33,106 nt of DNA from a bacterium (GTDB lineage Bacteria > Zhuqueibacterota > Zhuqueibacteria > Oceanimicrobiales > Oceanimicrobiaceae), in assembly GCA_046758365.1 (NCBI GenBank), contig JBHIAC010000022.1, forward strand, positions 1 to 33,106. Direction: 5' to 3'. Every line of letters begins with the position of its first letter. Position 1 is the first letter of the stretch. Below, one piece after another: positions 8,668 through 17,484 of this stretch. The notes beneath the pieces were generated by a model, which was given only the letters and a program-made list of their open reading frames with translations, searched no databases and was not told the DNA's origin. The translations under genes were made by a program, and so were the position numbers.

Positions 8668-9752
8668 AAATTCTCAAGCAAGGCATCCAATATCTTTTTA
8701 TTGGCCTTAGGAAATGCATAACGAGTCAATTCCTTTGGTGCAACCCATTTCCAATCGATAGCCTTCTTAGGTTTAAGTGCGCCGCCTATGAACTGGCACT
8801 GGAAAGAGTGCAAGGTTATGTTAAAATGGGAATACATGTGCTGAACCGTGAGAAAAGGGCCTTGAACTCGGATTTCAATTTCCATCTCGTCCTGAATTTC
8901 CCGAACTAAACATTCCTCGAGTGTTTCTCCGGGTTCCTGTTTACCGCCTGGAAATTCCCACAGACCTCCTAATAAACCCTCCTTTGGGCGCTGATCAATA
9001 AGTATTTTGCCTTTTTTCCATATAATTCCCACCACGACATTAAAATGGGGTTTATGTTTAGGAGGTGCTTTAACAGGAAGAATAGATGGATCCTCTAAAG
9101 TCTGATAAGCTTGACAAAAAAAGTTTATGGGACATTGGTAGCATTTAGGTTTCTGAGGCGTACAAATTAAAGCCCCTAATTCCATCATGGCCTGATTGAA
9201 ATTGCTGGCCTGACCTTCAGGTAGAAGCTCTTTGGCTGCATCAACAAATTTTGATTTAATGCCATTTTTTCTGGGATAGTCCTCAATTTTCAAAACCCGA
9301 GAAAGAACGCGCAGGACATTACCATCTACTACCGGATAATTTTCGTTAAAAGCGATGCTTGATACAGCCGCCGCCGTATAGGGTCCAATACCAGGAATCT
9401 TCATTAATTCATCATGCGAAGTAGGAATTCTTCCTGCAAATTCTTTAACAATTATATCTGCCGCCGTATGGAGATTGCGTGCTCTGGCATAATATCCCAT
9501 GCCCTCCCAAACTTTGAGTACTTCGGATAATGAGGCGTTGGCTAAAGACTTTATATCTTGAAATTTTTTAATAAATTGTTCATAATATGGCAGCACTTGT
9601 TCTACCTGAGTTTGCTGCAGCATAACCTCTGCGATCCAGATTTTGTAGGGATCCGAAGTTTGCCGCCATGGTAATTCCCGTTTATTTTTTTCATACCAAT
9701 CAATCAGCTTTTCGGTGAAAGCTGATTTAAATTTATTGACTAACTTCATCAT
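8664..9752 (-). CDS. mutY: A/G-specific adenine glycosylase with C-terminal Nudix-fold domain
   Basis: Motifs LPWR, EVMLQQTQV, WEGMGYYARARNLH, PGIGPYTA, VDGNVLRV and the C-X6-C-X2-C-X5-C Fe-S motif. Confidence 0.96.
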   Translation of the reverse strand: MMKLVNKFKSAFTEKLIDWYEKNKRELPWRQTSDPYKIWIAEVMLQQTQVEQVLPYYEQFIKKFQDIKSLANASLSEVLKVWEGMGYYARARNLHTAADIIVKEFAGRIPTSHDELMKIPGIGPYTAAAVSSIAFNENYPVVDGNVLRVLSRVLKIEDYPRKNGIKSKFVDAAKELLPEGQASNFNQAMMELGALICTPQKPKCYQCPINFFCQAYQTLEDPSILPVKAPPKHKPHFNVVVGIIWKKGKILIDQRPKEGLLGGLWEFPGGKQEPGETLEECLVREIQDEMEIEIRVQGPFLTVQHMYSHFNITLHSFQCQFIGGALKPKKAIDWKWVAPKELTRYAFPKANKKILDALLENL

Positions 9753-9847
9753 TAAAAAAATTAAAATGATTAATCAAACATTTCAGCTCAGTATGGGCTA
9801 AGTTATAAAATCTACAAAAGTTAGATCTGGATCAGATTAAAATCATC

Positions 9848-9905
9848 TCCAACGGATTGAGGAACTAAACTTATTAAAATCAGTTGGATTCTTCAATCTG
9901 TTGGA
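9848..9905. repeat. Intergenic inverted repeat
   Basis: TCCAACGGATTGAGGA (9848-9863) versus the reverse complement of 9890-9905 (TCCAACAGATTGAAGA) is 14/16 identical. Confidence 0.6.
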
Positions 9906-10177
9906 AATTAAATAATTGAGCTTCAATAAAATTTAGCTGATTTGTTTGCATTATCATTAAAATTAATATAATGGCCAGTACATTTTATAGAACTATTTAA
10001 ATTAATTTTACCAAATACACGCTTTGATTACAAATCTTGTTCCATATTCACCAGAGGTTTAACCAAAGGTTTACTAAACTTTCCAAGTTTAGTAAATCTC
10101 TAAATCTTTTCTTGTGTTCAAAAAAAATCTTTTGTATATTCATGAAATTTACAGAGAAAATCAACAAGGAGCTTATT

Positions 10178-10657
10178 ATGAAACAGTATTATTTTACCGA
10201 AGCAGGTTATCAAAAACTGAAAAAAGAAATCGAGAATTTAGAAAAATATATCAAATACGATATCTCTAAAGAAATCGCAGCAGCCCGAGAACATGGAGAC
10301 CTCCGTGAAAACGCCGAATATGAAGCAGCCAAAACCAAACAAGCAAATTACATGGCGAAATTAGGTCAACTTCAGGAACGCTTTAGGAACGCGCGTATTA
10401 TCCGAAAAGAGGAGCTGCCACCGGATATAATAACCCTCGGTAAAAAAGTAAGAATCCGAGAGGTGGATTCCGGAGTTGAAGAAGTATATACTATACTTGG
10501 AGAAGGTGAAACGGATATCGATAATGGATTCATTAGCTATCAATCCCCGTTGGCTCAAGCATTGATAAAACATAAAAAAGGCGAAGTTGTAGAAGTTCAA
10601 TTACCCCGTGACAAAATAAAATATAAAATTCTTGAAGTAGAATTCTTCGAAGATTAG
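10178..10657 (+). CDS. greA: Transcription elongation factor GreA
   Basis: Motifs AREHGDLRENAEYEAAK and ISYQSPLAQAL. AAGGAG RBS before the ATG at 10178. Possible promoter TTGTGT-N17-TATATT at 10112-10140. Confidence 0.95.
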   Translation: MKQYYFTEAGYQKLKKEIENLEKYIKYDISKEIAAAREHGDLRENAEYEAAKTKQANYMAKLGQLQERFRNARIIRKEELPPDIITLGKKVRIREVDSGVEEVYTILGEGETDIDNGFISYQSPLAQALIKHKKGEVVEVQLPRDKIKYKILEVEFFED

Positions 10658-10666
10658 TGTTAGCAA

Positions 10667-10704
10667 AATTAGTTACGGAATGCTCAAATTCCATGTAACT
10701 AATT
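10667..10704. terminator. Hairpin between convergent genes (possible bidirectional terminator)
   Basis: AATTAGTTAC-GGAAT...ATTCC-AT-GTAACTAATT inverted repeat right after the greA stop. Confidence 0.5.
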
Positions 10705-10771
10705 CCATCTCCACGCCCCTTATTGTAACAGCTTGAATCTTCAATTTCCCAACTCCCCATTAGTATATTAT

Positions 10772-11320
10772 TTAGAATCCCCGCTCCAAGGTTTTAGCTT
10801 TAATGTTTTTTTCAATTTTAAAAATAGCGCGTTTAATAGTTTGAATTAAAAGCTGATTTTTTTCTTTTGTCAATCTTTTACACAAATAGTCAAAAGCACT
10901 CCTGCCCCCAAAGCATCCTAATATATAAATTCCTTCCCATTTGTCAAACAATTTTTCGCGCTCAGTCAACAAAATTAAGGCACGATCAGAATATTCTCTA
11001 AATGAATGCAAATAATCTACTCGAAGTAAATGAATCCTTCTGGCCAAAACACTACGCAAAACTACCGCGTCTGTTATTTGATAAAGCTCTTCTAAAAGAT
11101 GTATGGTTTGTGTACTGAGGGATTTTGAAAAGAGATATTCCAATTGTTTACGAAACCATAATTCATGATTTGGATGATGGACGTACCACTCTTTATTTGT
11201 TTCAAAAATCATATCACGAAAATAATCTGCAAATGTAGGATAAGATTTCTTAGAGGCCGCAATTCTTCTTTTCTTATCTTTTCTTTTTTTTGCTTTTTTA
11301 GATTTTAGCCTTTGCTTCAT
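10772..11320 (-). CDS. Hypothetical protein, basic N-terminus and HEAT-like helical C-terminus
   Basis: 182-aa ORF co-oriented with the upstream operon. GIYILGCFGG...IKRAIFKI resembles a HEAT repeat. Confidence 0.65.
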   Translation of the reverse strand: MKQRLKSKKAKKRKDKKRRIAASKKSYPTFADYFRDMIFETNKEWYVHHPNHELWFRKQLEYLFSKSLSTQTIHLLEELYQITDAVVLRSVLARRIHLLRVDYLHSFREYSDRALILLTEREKLFDKWEGIYILGCFGGRSAFDYLCKRLTKEKNQLLIQTIKRAIFKIEKNIKAKTLERGF

Positions 11321-11333
11321 AATAGTTAATATA

Positions 11334-12275
11334 TTACAATAAATCGTTTTTTATCATCCAATCTCTTAAAGTAGAAATGATTTTTTTGAGCAAATCTTTT
11401 TTCCAAGGAGCCATGTGGCTGGATTCAATCCAGATGAGATCTTTAGGTTCTCTGGATTTATCAAATAGCTTCTTTGCATTTTCTGCGGGGAAAAAGGGAT
11501 CTTCCGTGCCTTGAATCATTACAAATGGGCTGGGAGAGATATCCTGAATATAAAGTAAAGGTTCAATAGGTCGGATTAAAAACGCAGCTATTTTACCCAA
11601 AAGTTTACTAAAAATTCCAAAATTTTCCTGCAGATAATTCCCGATTAAAAATTCTAAGTCGCCACCGCCGTAAAGTAATGCAGCAGCCTTGTAGCGCTTA
11701 TCCAAACTCATGATGCAAGGAACAAAAGGAGCTCCAAAACTGTATCCCACCAGGGTTACCCGGTTAGTATCGAGATCCGTTCGTTCTCTCAGATAATCCA
11801 TGACCAACAAAGTACCTGCGACAGTTTTAAACACAGCCTCGCGAATGGCTGGTATTTCTTTCACGGCACTCCAAAAAGATTGTACTTTGCTAAGATCATA
11901 AGGATATCCCATGGCCACAATTAACACGGAACCTTCTTCATCCATATAACTTAACGTTTCTTTTCCTATATCGATACCGCCTAATATCACCACGGCCGGC
12001 AGCCGTTTCTTTGAATTCACAGGCTTTTGCAGTAGAAACCCAATCCGAGTTCCTTTGTCATCACCAATTTCAGTTTCACATATTTGAACCCGCTCATCTG
12101 ACTCTATCAATTTTTCATGCAATATTTTGAGATGGCCTTTTTGGGACAGTAAAAATTTGGAAAAGTTTCGATTGGCGTAAATTTTGGTTGAAGTAAAAAC
12201 CACAATGAGAATAAAAACACCAAAGCCAATTATTAGTAAAATGCGAAATTTTTTTCTTTTCTTTTCAGCGATCAA
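11334..12275 (-). CDS. Membrane-anchored alpha/beta hydrolase
   Basis: N-terminal TM helix, GYSFG nucleophile elbow, QGTEDP acid and a C-terminal SSH histidine. Confidence 0.85.
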   Translation of the reverse strand: MIAEKKRKKFRILLIIGFGVFILIVVFTSTKIYANRNFSKFLLSQKGHLKILHEKLIESDERVQICETEIGDDKGTRIGFLLQKPVNSKKRLPAVVILGGIDIGKETLSYMDEEGSVLIVAMGYPYDLSKVQSFWSAVKEIPAIREAVFKTVAGTLLVMDYLRERTDLDTNRVTLVGYSFGAPFVPCIMSLDKRYKAAALLYGGGDLEFLIGNYLQENFGIFSKLLGKIAAFLIRPIEPLLYIQDISPSPFVMIQGTEDPFFPAENAKKLFDKSREPKDLIWIESSHMAPWKKDLLKKIISTLRDWMIKNDLL

Positions 12276-12353
12276 AATACCTAAATTCTAATGGATCATC
12301 CGAATATACAGGATCAACAAGATAATTCTTAAATGTATATTCTATTTATGACG

Positions 12354-13127
12354 TTAGTGTTTTGCACCTTCGTCATTAATTTTTTTCAAAAATTTCAAAG
12401 CCTTCAATTCGCCAAATCCTTCCACATGATACTTCATATAAGTCAATAAAAAATTATCTACTTGCTGCTGGGCTACAGTTGAGGTTAAGTAGCCATTCAA
12501 ATTGGATAAAGGTGTTTGCTGAAAGGCACGTAATGCGCTTAAAGCTTCTTGGTTTAAAATCATTCCAGGGCTATCTTTTTGTAGACACTTTTCACAACGA
12601 TATCTTCCATGGGTTATATCAAAAATAACTTCCTTTCCTTTTTGGTCCCCGCAATTAAAACACGCCTTTAGATTTGGTTTTAGGCCGATGATATCAAAAA
12701 GTCTTACCTGGAAAGCCCTAATACAGTTCATGGGTCTTTTCATCACCCCGTTGATTCCTCGCAATGTTTCCAAAAGCATTCGAAATAAAATAGGGTTAGG
12801 TGCCACGCCAATTTCCAGGCGGTTTACCAATTCACACGCAGCCATAGCCAAAGCGGTTTTCTCCAAATTTCGAAGTATGTTCAGATAAGATTCTATGATA
12901 TCAGCCTGACTTAGAAATTGAAGTTCCCGATTTTCTTTTTCATAAAAAACAATGGATATATAACTTAGAGGTTCCAAACTTGCGCCAAACCGACTTTTAA
13001 TACTGCGCGCGCCTTTGGCAATCATTTGTATTTTCCCGAAAGTTCGAGTGTAAAGAGTTAATATTTTACTGGTTTCGCCTTGCTTTTGACTCTTCAAGAC
13101 GATGGCTTCTGTTTTTTGTATTGGCAT
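12354..13127 (-). CDS. recO: DNA repair protein RecO
   Basis: EAIVLK...ETSKILTLYTRTFGKI..IAKGAR..KSRFG and a CFNC...CEKC zinc finger. Confidence 0.95.
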   Translation of the reverse strand: MPIQKTEAIVLKSQKQGETSKILTLYTRTFGKIQMIAKGARSIKSRFGASLEPLSYISIVFYEKENRELQFLSQADIIESYLNILRNLEKTALAMAACELVNRLEIGVAPNPILFRMLLETLRGINGVMKRPMNCIRAFQVRLFDIIGLKPNLKACFNCGDQKGKEVIFDITHGRYRCEKCLQKDSPGMILNQEALSALRAFQQTPLSNLNGYLTSTVAQQQVDNFLLTYMKYHVEGFGELKALKFLKKINDEGAKH

Positions 13128-13133
13128 TTGAGA

Positions 13134-14489
13134 CTATTTAATAAATTGAATGGTTAATGAGGTTAATCCAAGATAAATAAAAAGTCCAATAACATCATTA
13201 GAAGTGGTGATAAAGGGCCCCGTGGCTATAGCAGGATCTACACCGACCCGTTTTAGAATTAAGGGGACGCTGGCGCCTACAAAAGAAGCGTTTAATATTA
13301 CCACTAACAACACCATGCCTAAAACGATTCCAAAGCGAGGTTCACCAAACAAAGTTACCACGCCAAATAACAATATGCCACAAACCGTCCCATTCAAAAA
13401 AGAAACTCTAAACTCTTTTTTTAATCTTTGGGAAGTGTCTGCAGGATTAAGTTCTCCAAGGGCTAAGCCTCGCACGACAATGGTGGCGGCTTGCATTCCT
13501 GAATTGCCCCCCATAGCCATCATCAGTGGGATAAAGAGCGCTGCTATAAAAATTTGATTCAAAGAAGCTTCAAATTCATGTAATACCATAGCGGAAAACA
13601 TTTCACCAACAAATGCTATCAACAGCCAGGGAAGCCGCACCATCGAAATCTTAAAAGCTGAAGTTTCCCGTATTTCCTCCTCATCAGTTAATCCCGCCAT
13701 TTTTTGAATATCTTCGGAAGCCTCCTCCTCCATTACCTCCACGACATCGTCCACTGTAATACGGCCAACTAAATTTCCTATCTCATCGACTACTGGTACA
13801 GAAACCAGATTGTAGCGGCGAAAAATATTGGCCACCTCTTCTTGATCCATATCTATTGGAACGCTGATAACATCCTTGTTCATGATATTTTTTACTTTTT
13901 CATTTGACCTCGCAAGGATTAATTTCTTTAATGGCAATACCCCGACCAATTGGCCGGTTCCATTCACAACGTACACATTATAAACTTCTCCAACTTCTTC
14001 AGCTTTGGCACGAATTTCTTTTATGGCTTCATCAACCTTCACATCCTCTGGTACGGACACAAATTCCAGCGCCATAATTCCGCCCGCCGTGTCCTCTTCA
14101 TGGCGCAGTAGTTTCTTAACCTCTTCAGAATCTTCTTTGTCAATAGATTCAAGCACTTGCTCTGCCATATCTTCTGGAAGTTCGGCAACTAGGTCTGTGG
14201 CATCATCCGAATCCATCTCATCAACAATTTCAGAAAGGCGTTCTTGACGAAGTTCCGAAACCAACTTTTCTCTGGAAACCTCGTCAAACTCCATAATGAC
14301 CTCAGAAGCTGTGTCAGCATCCAAAAGACCGAAGACATATTTACTGTGTTCTTCAGATAAGTTGCGGATGATATTAGCTATGTCGGCCGGATGATTTCCT
14401 ATTAAAATATTTAAAATCATCCGATCGTCTTTTTCCGTGGCTAAATATTCAATATCATCTATTATAATTTCTAAGTCTTTTTCTTCCAT
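13134..14489 (-). CDS. mgtE: Magnesium transporter MgtE
   Basis: HPADIA, TAGGIM, CBS pair, RLPWLL, MGGNSGMQ and DPAIATGPFITTSND. Confidence 0.96.
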   Translation of the reverse strand: MEEKDLEIIIDDIEYLATEKDDRMILNILIGNHPADIANIIRNLSEEHSKYVFGLLDADTASEVIMEFDEVSREKLVSELRQERLSEIVDEMDSDDATDLVAELPEDMAEQVLESIDKEDSEEVKKLLRHEEDTAGGIMALEFVSVPEDVKVDEAIKEIRAKAEEVGEVYNVYVVNGTGQLVGVLPLKKLILARSNEKVKNIMNKDVISVPIDMDQEEVANIFRRYNLVSVPVVDEIGNLVGRITVDDVVEVMEEEASEDIQKMAGLTDEEEIRETSAFKISMVRLPWLLIAFVGEMFSAMVLHEFEASLNQIFIAALFIPLMMAMGGNSGMQAATIVVRGLALGELNPADTSQRLKKEFRVSFLNGTVCGILLFGVVTLFGEPRFGIVLGMVLLVVILNASFVGASVPLILKRVGVDPAIATGPFITTSNDVIGLFIYLGLTSLTIQFIK

Positions 14490-14492
14490 GAT

Positions 14493-15326
14493 TTATTGGC
14501 TACTCATCTCTTGATAAAGTAAATTACTCAATTCCACAAATTCCCTTGAACTTAAATCCTCTGGGCGCTTTTCCAAATCAAAATTCAAGTGATTAATATT
14601 TACCGATATCCCGGGTATATTTTTTAATGATTTTCTTAACATCTTGCGGCGCTGCTGAAAAACTCCATGGACAACTTCTTGCAAAATATCCATATTGTTA
14701 ACATCAACTTCCAATCTTTTTGAAAAATCCCACTGAACTAGGGAGGAATCCACTTCTGGTTTAGGGATAAACACGTTTTTTGATACATGAAATAATATTC
14801 GAGGCTCAGAATATAATTGGCTGAATACAGAGAGAATGCCATACTCTTTGCTGCCGGGCGAGGCCACGATTCTTTGCGCCACCTCTCGCTGAATCATCAA
14901 TATCATGTCAAAGATAAATTCACGCATGTCAAAAATTTTAAAAATCACCGTGCTGGTGATATGATATGGAATGTTACCTAAAACCCTCAATTTTGCTCTG
15001 GCGTCATAGAAATCGGCAATCTCGATTTCTAAAAAATCACCCTGTATTAATTTAAAATTTTTCTCCTGTTCAAATCGTTTTTTAAGATGTTGGGTTAAAT
15101 TACGGTCTATCTCAACCGCAATTACTTTTTTAGCTGCGGGAACTAAATATTTTGTCAAAACCCCGAATCCGGGACCAATTTCTAAAATAACATCGTTTGG
15201 ATTCGGGGCTATGTAACGAATAATCTTACGGGCAATATTTTCATCCACCAAAAAGTTTTGCCCAAGGCTTTTCTTGGGACGAAATATCTCTTTAGAATTA
15301 CCAATCAAATCTTTGTTTTTTAGCAA
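14493..15326 (-). CDS. rsmA: 16S rRNA m6,2A dimethyltransferase RsmA/KsgA
   Basis: Motifs KKSLGQNFL, LEIGPGFG, GNIPYHIT, QREVAQR and FQQRRKML. Confidence 0.96.
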   Translation of the reverse strand: MLKNKDLIGNSKEIFRPKKSLGQNFLVDENIARKIIRYIAPNPNDVILEIGPGFGVLTKYLVPAAKKVIAVEIDRNLTQHLKKRFEQEKNFKLIQGDFLEIEIADFYDARAKLRVLGNIPYHITSTVIFKIFDMREFIFDMILMIQREVAQRIVASPGSKEYGILSVFSQLYSEPRILFHVSKNVFIPKPEVDSSLVQWDFSKRLEVDVNNMDILQEVVHGVFQQRRKMLRKSLKNIPGISVNINHLNFDLEKRPEDLSSREFVELSNLLYQEMSSQ

Positions 15327-15434
15327 GAAAAGTGAATGTCCTTGTAAAACTTACCAATGAGATATAGAGGTATAATATAAGGTAATGACCAACTCTATTT
15401 TGATTTTTCAATGATAGATAAAAATATCTTCTTT

Positions 15435-15498
15435 TTTAGAATTTTGAATTTTTGTCATTATAGTTTATTTGTTATTTGGTGCTTGTAATTTGGTGCTT
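15435..15498. repeat. Low-complexity short tandem repeat (ATTTGGTGCTT x2)
   Basis: ATTTGGTGCTT at 15474-15484 and 15488-15498, preceded by GAATTTT repeats. Confidence 0.5.
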
Positions 15499-15577
15499 AT
15501 CTCAAAAATATTTAGCCAGTAGGGTGAATAACTTTTTGCCCAAAAAGCATTAATTTTATTCGTAAGATACTAATACC

Positions 15578-16366
15578 TTATTTCCTTATTCCCTTATTGT
15601 CTCTATCCAATCCAAATAATCGCATGGCATTATTAGCGGTTATGTTTTCTATTTCAGCCAGATCGCTGCCTTTGATCTCCGCCAACTTTTGAGCAATATA
15701 AACCACATGGGACGGTTCATTTCTCCGACCTCGTTTCGGTTCAGGTGATAGAAAAGGACTGTCGGTTTCTAAAAGCAGCCGTTCCAAGGGTACCATTCTC
15801 GCTACTTTGGACAAATCTGATTTTTTGAAAGTTAAATTACCAGTAAACGAAATATGAAAACCAAAGTCCAATACTTCCTCGGCCATACGTTCATTTTCCG
15901 AAAAGCAGTGAAAAACGCCTCCCAAACCCACAGTGCTTTCCGCTTTTAAAATATCCAAAATTTCCCACCCTGCCTGGCGATTGTGAATAATAATAGGTAA
16001 ATTCACATCTTTTGCCAATGCGATTTGTTTACGAAAAGCCTGCCTTTGAATTTCAATTGGTACGTGGTCCCTGTAAAAGTCCAAGCCTATCTCTCCCACG
16101 GCAACCACTTTTGGATGTCGGGTGAATTCTTTCAAAGTCGCCAGAGCTTCATCATCCAACTTGGTTGAATCATTGGGATGGATTCCAACAGCCGCATACA
16201 CTCCTTGGTGCTTTTCCGCCATTTCTATTGATTGCAAACATGTCTCTAAATCTATTCCGATATTTATAATTTTTTTCACGCCTGCATCGAAAGCTCTCTG
16301 TATGACATCGTCGCGGTCATCGTCAAAATGGTTAAAATAGAGATGGGCGTGGGTGTCGGTTAGCAT
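15578..16366 (-). CDS. tatD: TatD-family DNase
   Basis: Motifs DTHAH, GIHP, VGEIGLDF, HCFS, LLETDSPFL and RNEP. Confidence 0.96.
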   Translation of the reverse strand: MLTDTHAHLYFNHFDDDRDDVIQRAFDAGVKKIINIGIDLETCLQSIEMAEKHQGVYAAVGIHPNDSTKLDDEALATLKEFTRHPKVVAVGEIGLDFYRDHVPIEIQRQAFRKQIALAKDVNLPIIIHNRQAGWEILDILKAESTVGLGGVFHCFSENERMAEEVLDFGFHISFTGNLTFKKSDLSKVARMVPLERLLLETDSPFLSPEPKRGRRNEPSHVVYIAQKLAEIKGSDLAEIENITANNAMRLFGLDRDNKGIRK

Positions 16367-16441
16367 TATACTTTTTATTTTTTGACAATATAAAACTTAA
16401 CGAAAATTTAAATAATGCAACCATTAACATAGCATTTACTT

Positions 16442-16495
16442 CTAACGTCTTAAACCTAACTTACGACGCATCTCCTCGCTAGATATCCCGCCCTC
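16442..16495 (-). pseudogene. 3' remnant of a Phd/YefM-like antitoxin (EGGISSEEMRRKLGLRR*), duplicate of the end of the 17485..17718 ORF
   Basis: 16432-16495 matches 17475-17538 at 60/64 nt. No start codon; it is cut directly by repeat B. Confidence 0.8.
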
Positions 16496-16671
16496 CCGCT
16501 CGCAAGGTATTTGTCACCCGCCTGCTCGTCCCGCCAGGTGATCCCTTGCGGGACAATTCACGCCGCGATATTATTACATCACTTTCAAGTATAATTCAAA
16601 CAAGAGATTATCTCACAGAGTGAATAAGGGATTGCATCCCAGAAAGAGGATGCAATCCTTGCTTCATTATT
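16493..16671. repeat. Direct repeat B, copy 1 (~179 bp; 136-bp core identical to copy 2)
   Basis: 16536-16671 is identical to 17339-17474. It contains an 11-bp perfect stem GGATTGCATCC-N8-GGATGCAATCC (16629-16658). Confidence 0.95.
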
Positions 16672-16741
16672 CTGTCTGGGATTCACCGAATACCGAGCAA
16701 GGGGGTAAATCCCCGACGAGCAGTGTCGTCCGCACAAGATT

Positions 16742-16975
16742 TTAAGTAACCAGTGTGAAAGTTTTCACTGCTGCTTTGGGCACCTCTATCGAGACAAAAA
16801 ACTCCGCTGGATATAGATAGTCTTCACCTGATTCATCAATGACACGGATAAGTTGATGCTCAGCAGCCTGGTCGTCGGGCAACACCTGATAGATTTTTCG
16901 TAACTCCAATGATGCAAGGTAACCTTCATTCTTGACACAAACAGCAAATTGCGTTTTTGAGCGAGTTGTTTTCAT
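16742..16975 (-). CDS. Small conserved protein, putative antitoxin/immunity protein
   Basis: 77 aa with the motif SLELRKIYQV...IRVIDESGEDYLYP. Starts 5 nt after the partner gene ends. Confidence 0.75.
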   Translation of the reverse strand: MKTTRSKTQFAVCVKNEGYLASLELRKIYQVLPDDQAAEHQLIRVIDESGEDYLYPAEFFVSIEVPKAAVKTFTLVT

Positions 16976-16980
16976 GACTT

Positions 16981-17214
16981 TTAATCTAAGATGCGTTTTA
17001 TTTTTATATCTCTTTTACCGATTCCATGCGCCTCATACCAATGAATTTCCGCTTTACATATCGTATCATCGGGAAGGCGAACCATTACAATACCTTTCAA
17101 TTTTCTCCAACGGCCAACTCCGTAGGCTTTGCGCAATCGCGGAAGTTCGCGAATAGAAGTGCCAACAGCGATCTTTTCAATATTTGTGATCTTCCCGATG
17201 ATCTCAAGGTTCAT
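16981..17214 (-). CDS. Small basic protein, putative nuclease toxin
   Basis: 77 aa, strongly basic, with the motif WRKLKG...AEIHWYEAHGIG. First gene of a two-gene module. Confidence 0.75.
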   Translation of the reverse strand: MNLEIIGKITNIEKIAVGTSIRELPRLRKAYGVGRWRKLKGIVMVRLPDDTICKAEIHWYEAHGIGKRDIKIKRILD

Positions 17215-17280
17215 TGATATTATCGCTTCTCAATTCGTCATGCTGTACACATCAGTAAATCGATTTCGACTATACCTTGG

Positions 17281-17309
17281 AATTTAGCACAAAATTCTCT
17301 CGCTCGCAA
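17281..17309 (-). promoter_or_regulatory. sigma70 promoter TTGCGA-N17-TAAATT (extended -10 TG) for the small gene pair
   Basis: The -35 (17304-17309) lies inside repeat B copy 2. The -10 (17281-17286) lies outside it and is preceded by TGC. Confidence 0.5.
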
Positions 17310-17474
17310 GGGATTTGTCGCCCGCTGCTCGTCGCTCGAGGTGATCCCTTGCGGGACAATTCACGCCGCGATATTATTACATCACTTTCAAGTATAATTC
17401 AAACAAGAGATTATCTCACAGAGTGAATAAGGGATTGCATCCCAGAAAGAGGATGCAATCCTTGCTTCATTATT
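17297..17474. repeat. Direct repeat B, copy 2
   Basis: See copy 1. Also a 10-bp perfect inverted repeat CGCAAGGGAT (17305-17314)/ATCCCTTGCG (17344-17353). Confidence 0.95.
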
Positions 17475-17484
17475 GCATTTACTT

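Noticed and set aside
10037..10177. N-terminal extension of GreA in the ORF track
   Set aside because: A clear RBS precedes the ATG at 10178, and the extension overlaps a promoter-like sequence.
16422..16449. dif/pdif-like site (minus strand ...CTATGTTAATG resembles the XerD arm)
   Set aside because: The putative XerC arm lacks the conserved ATAA end and is antitoxin coding sequence. No second site was found.
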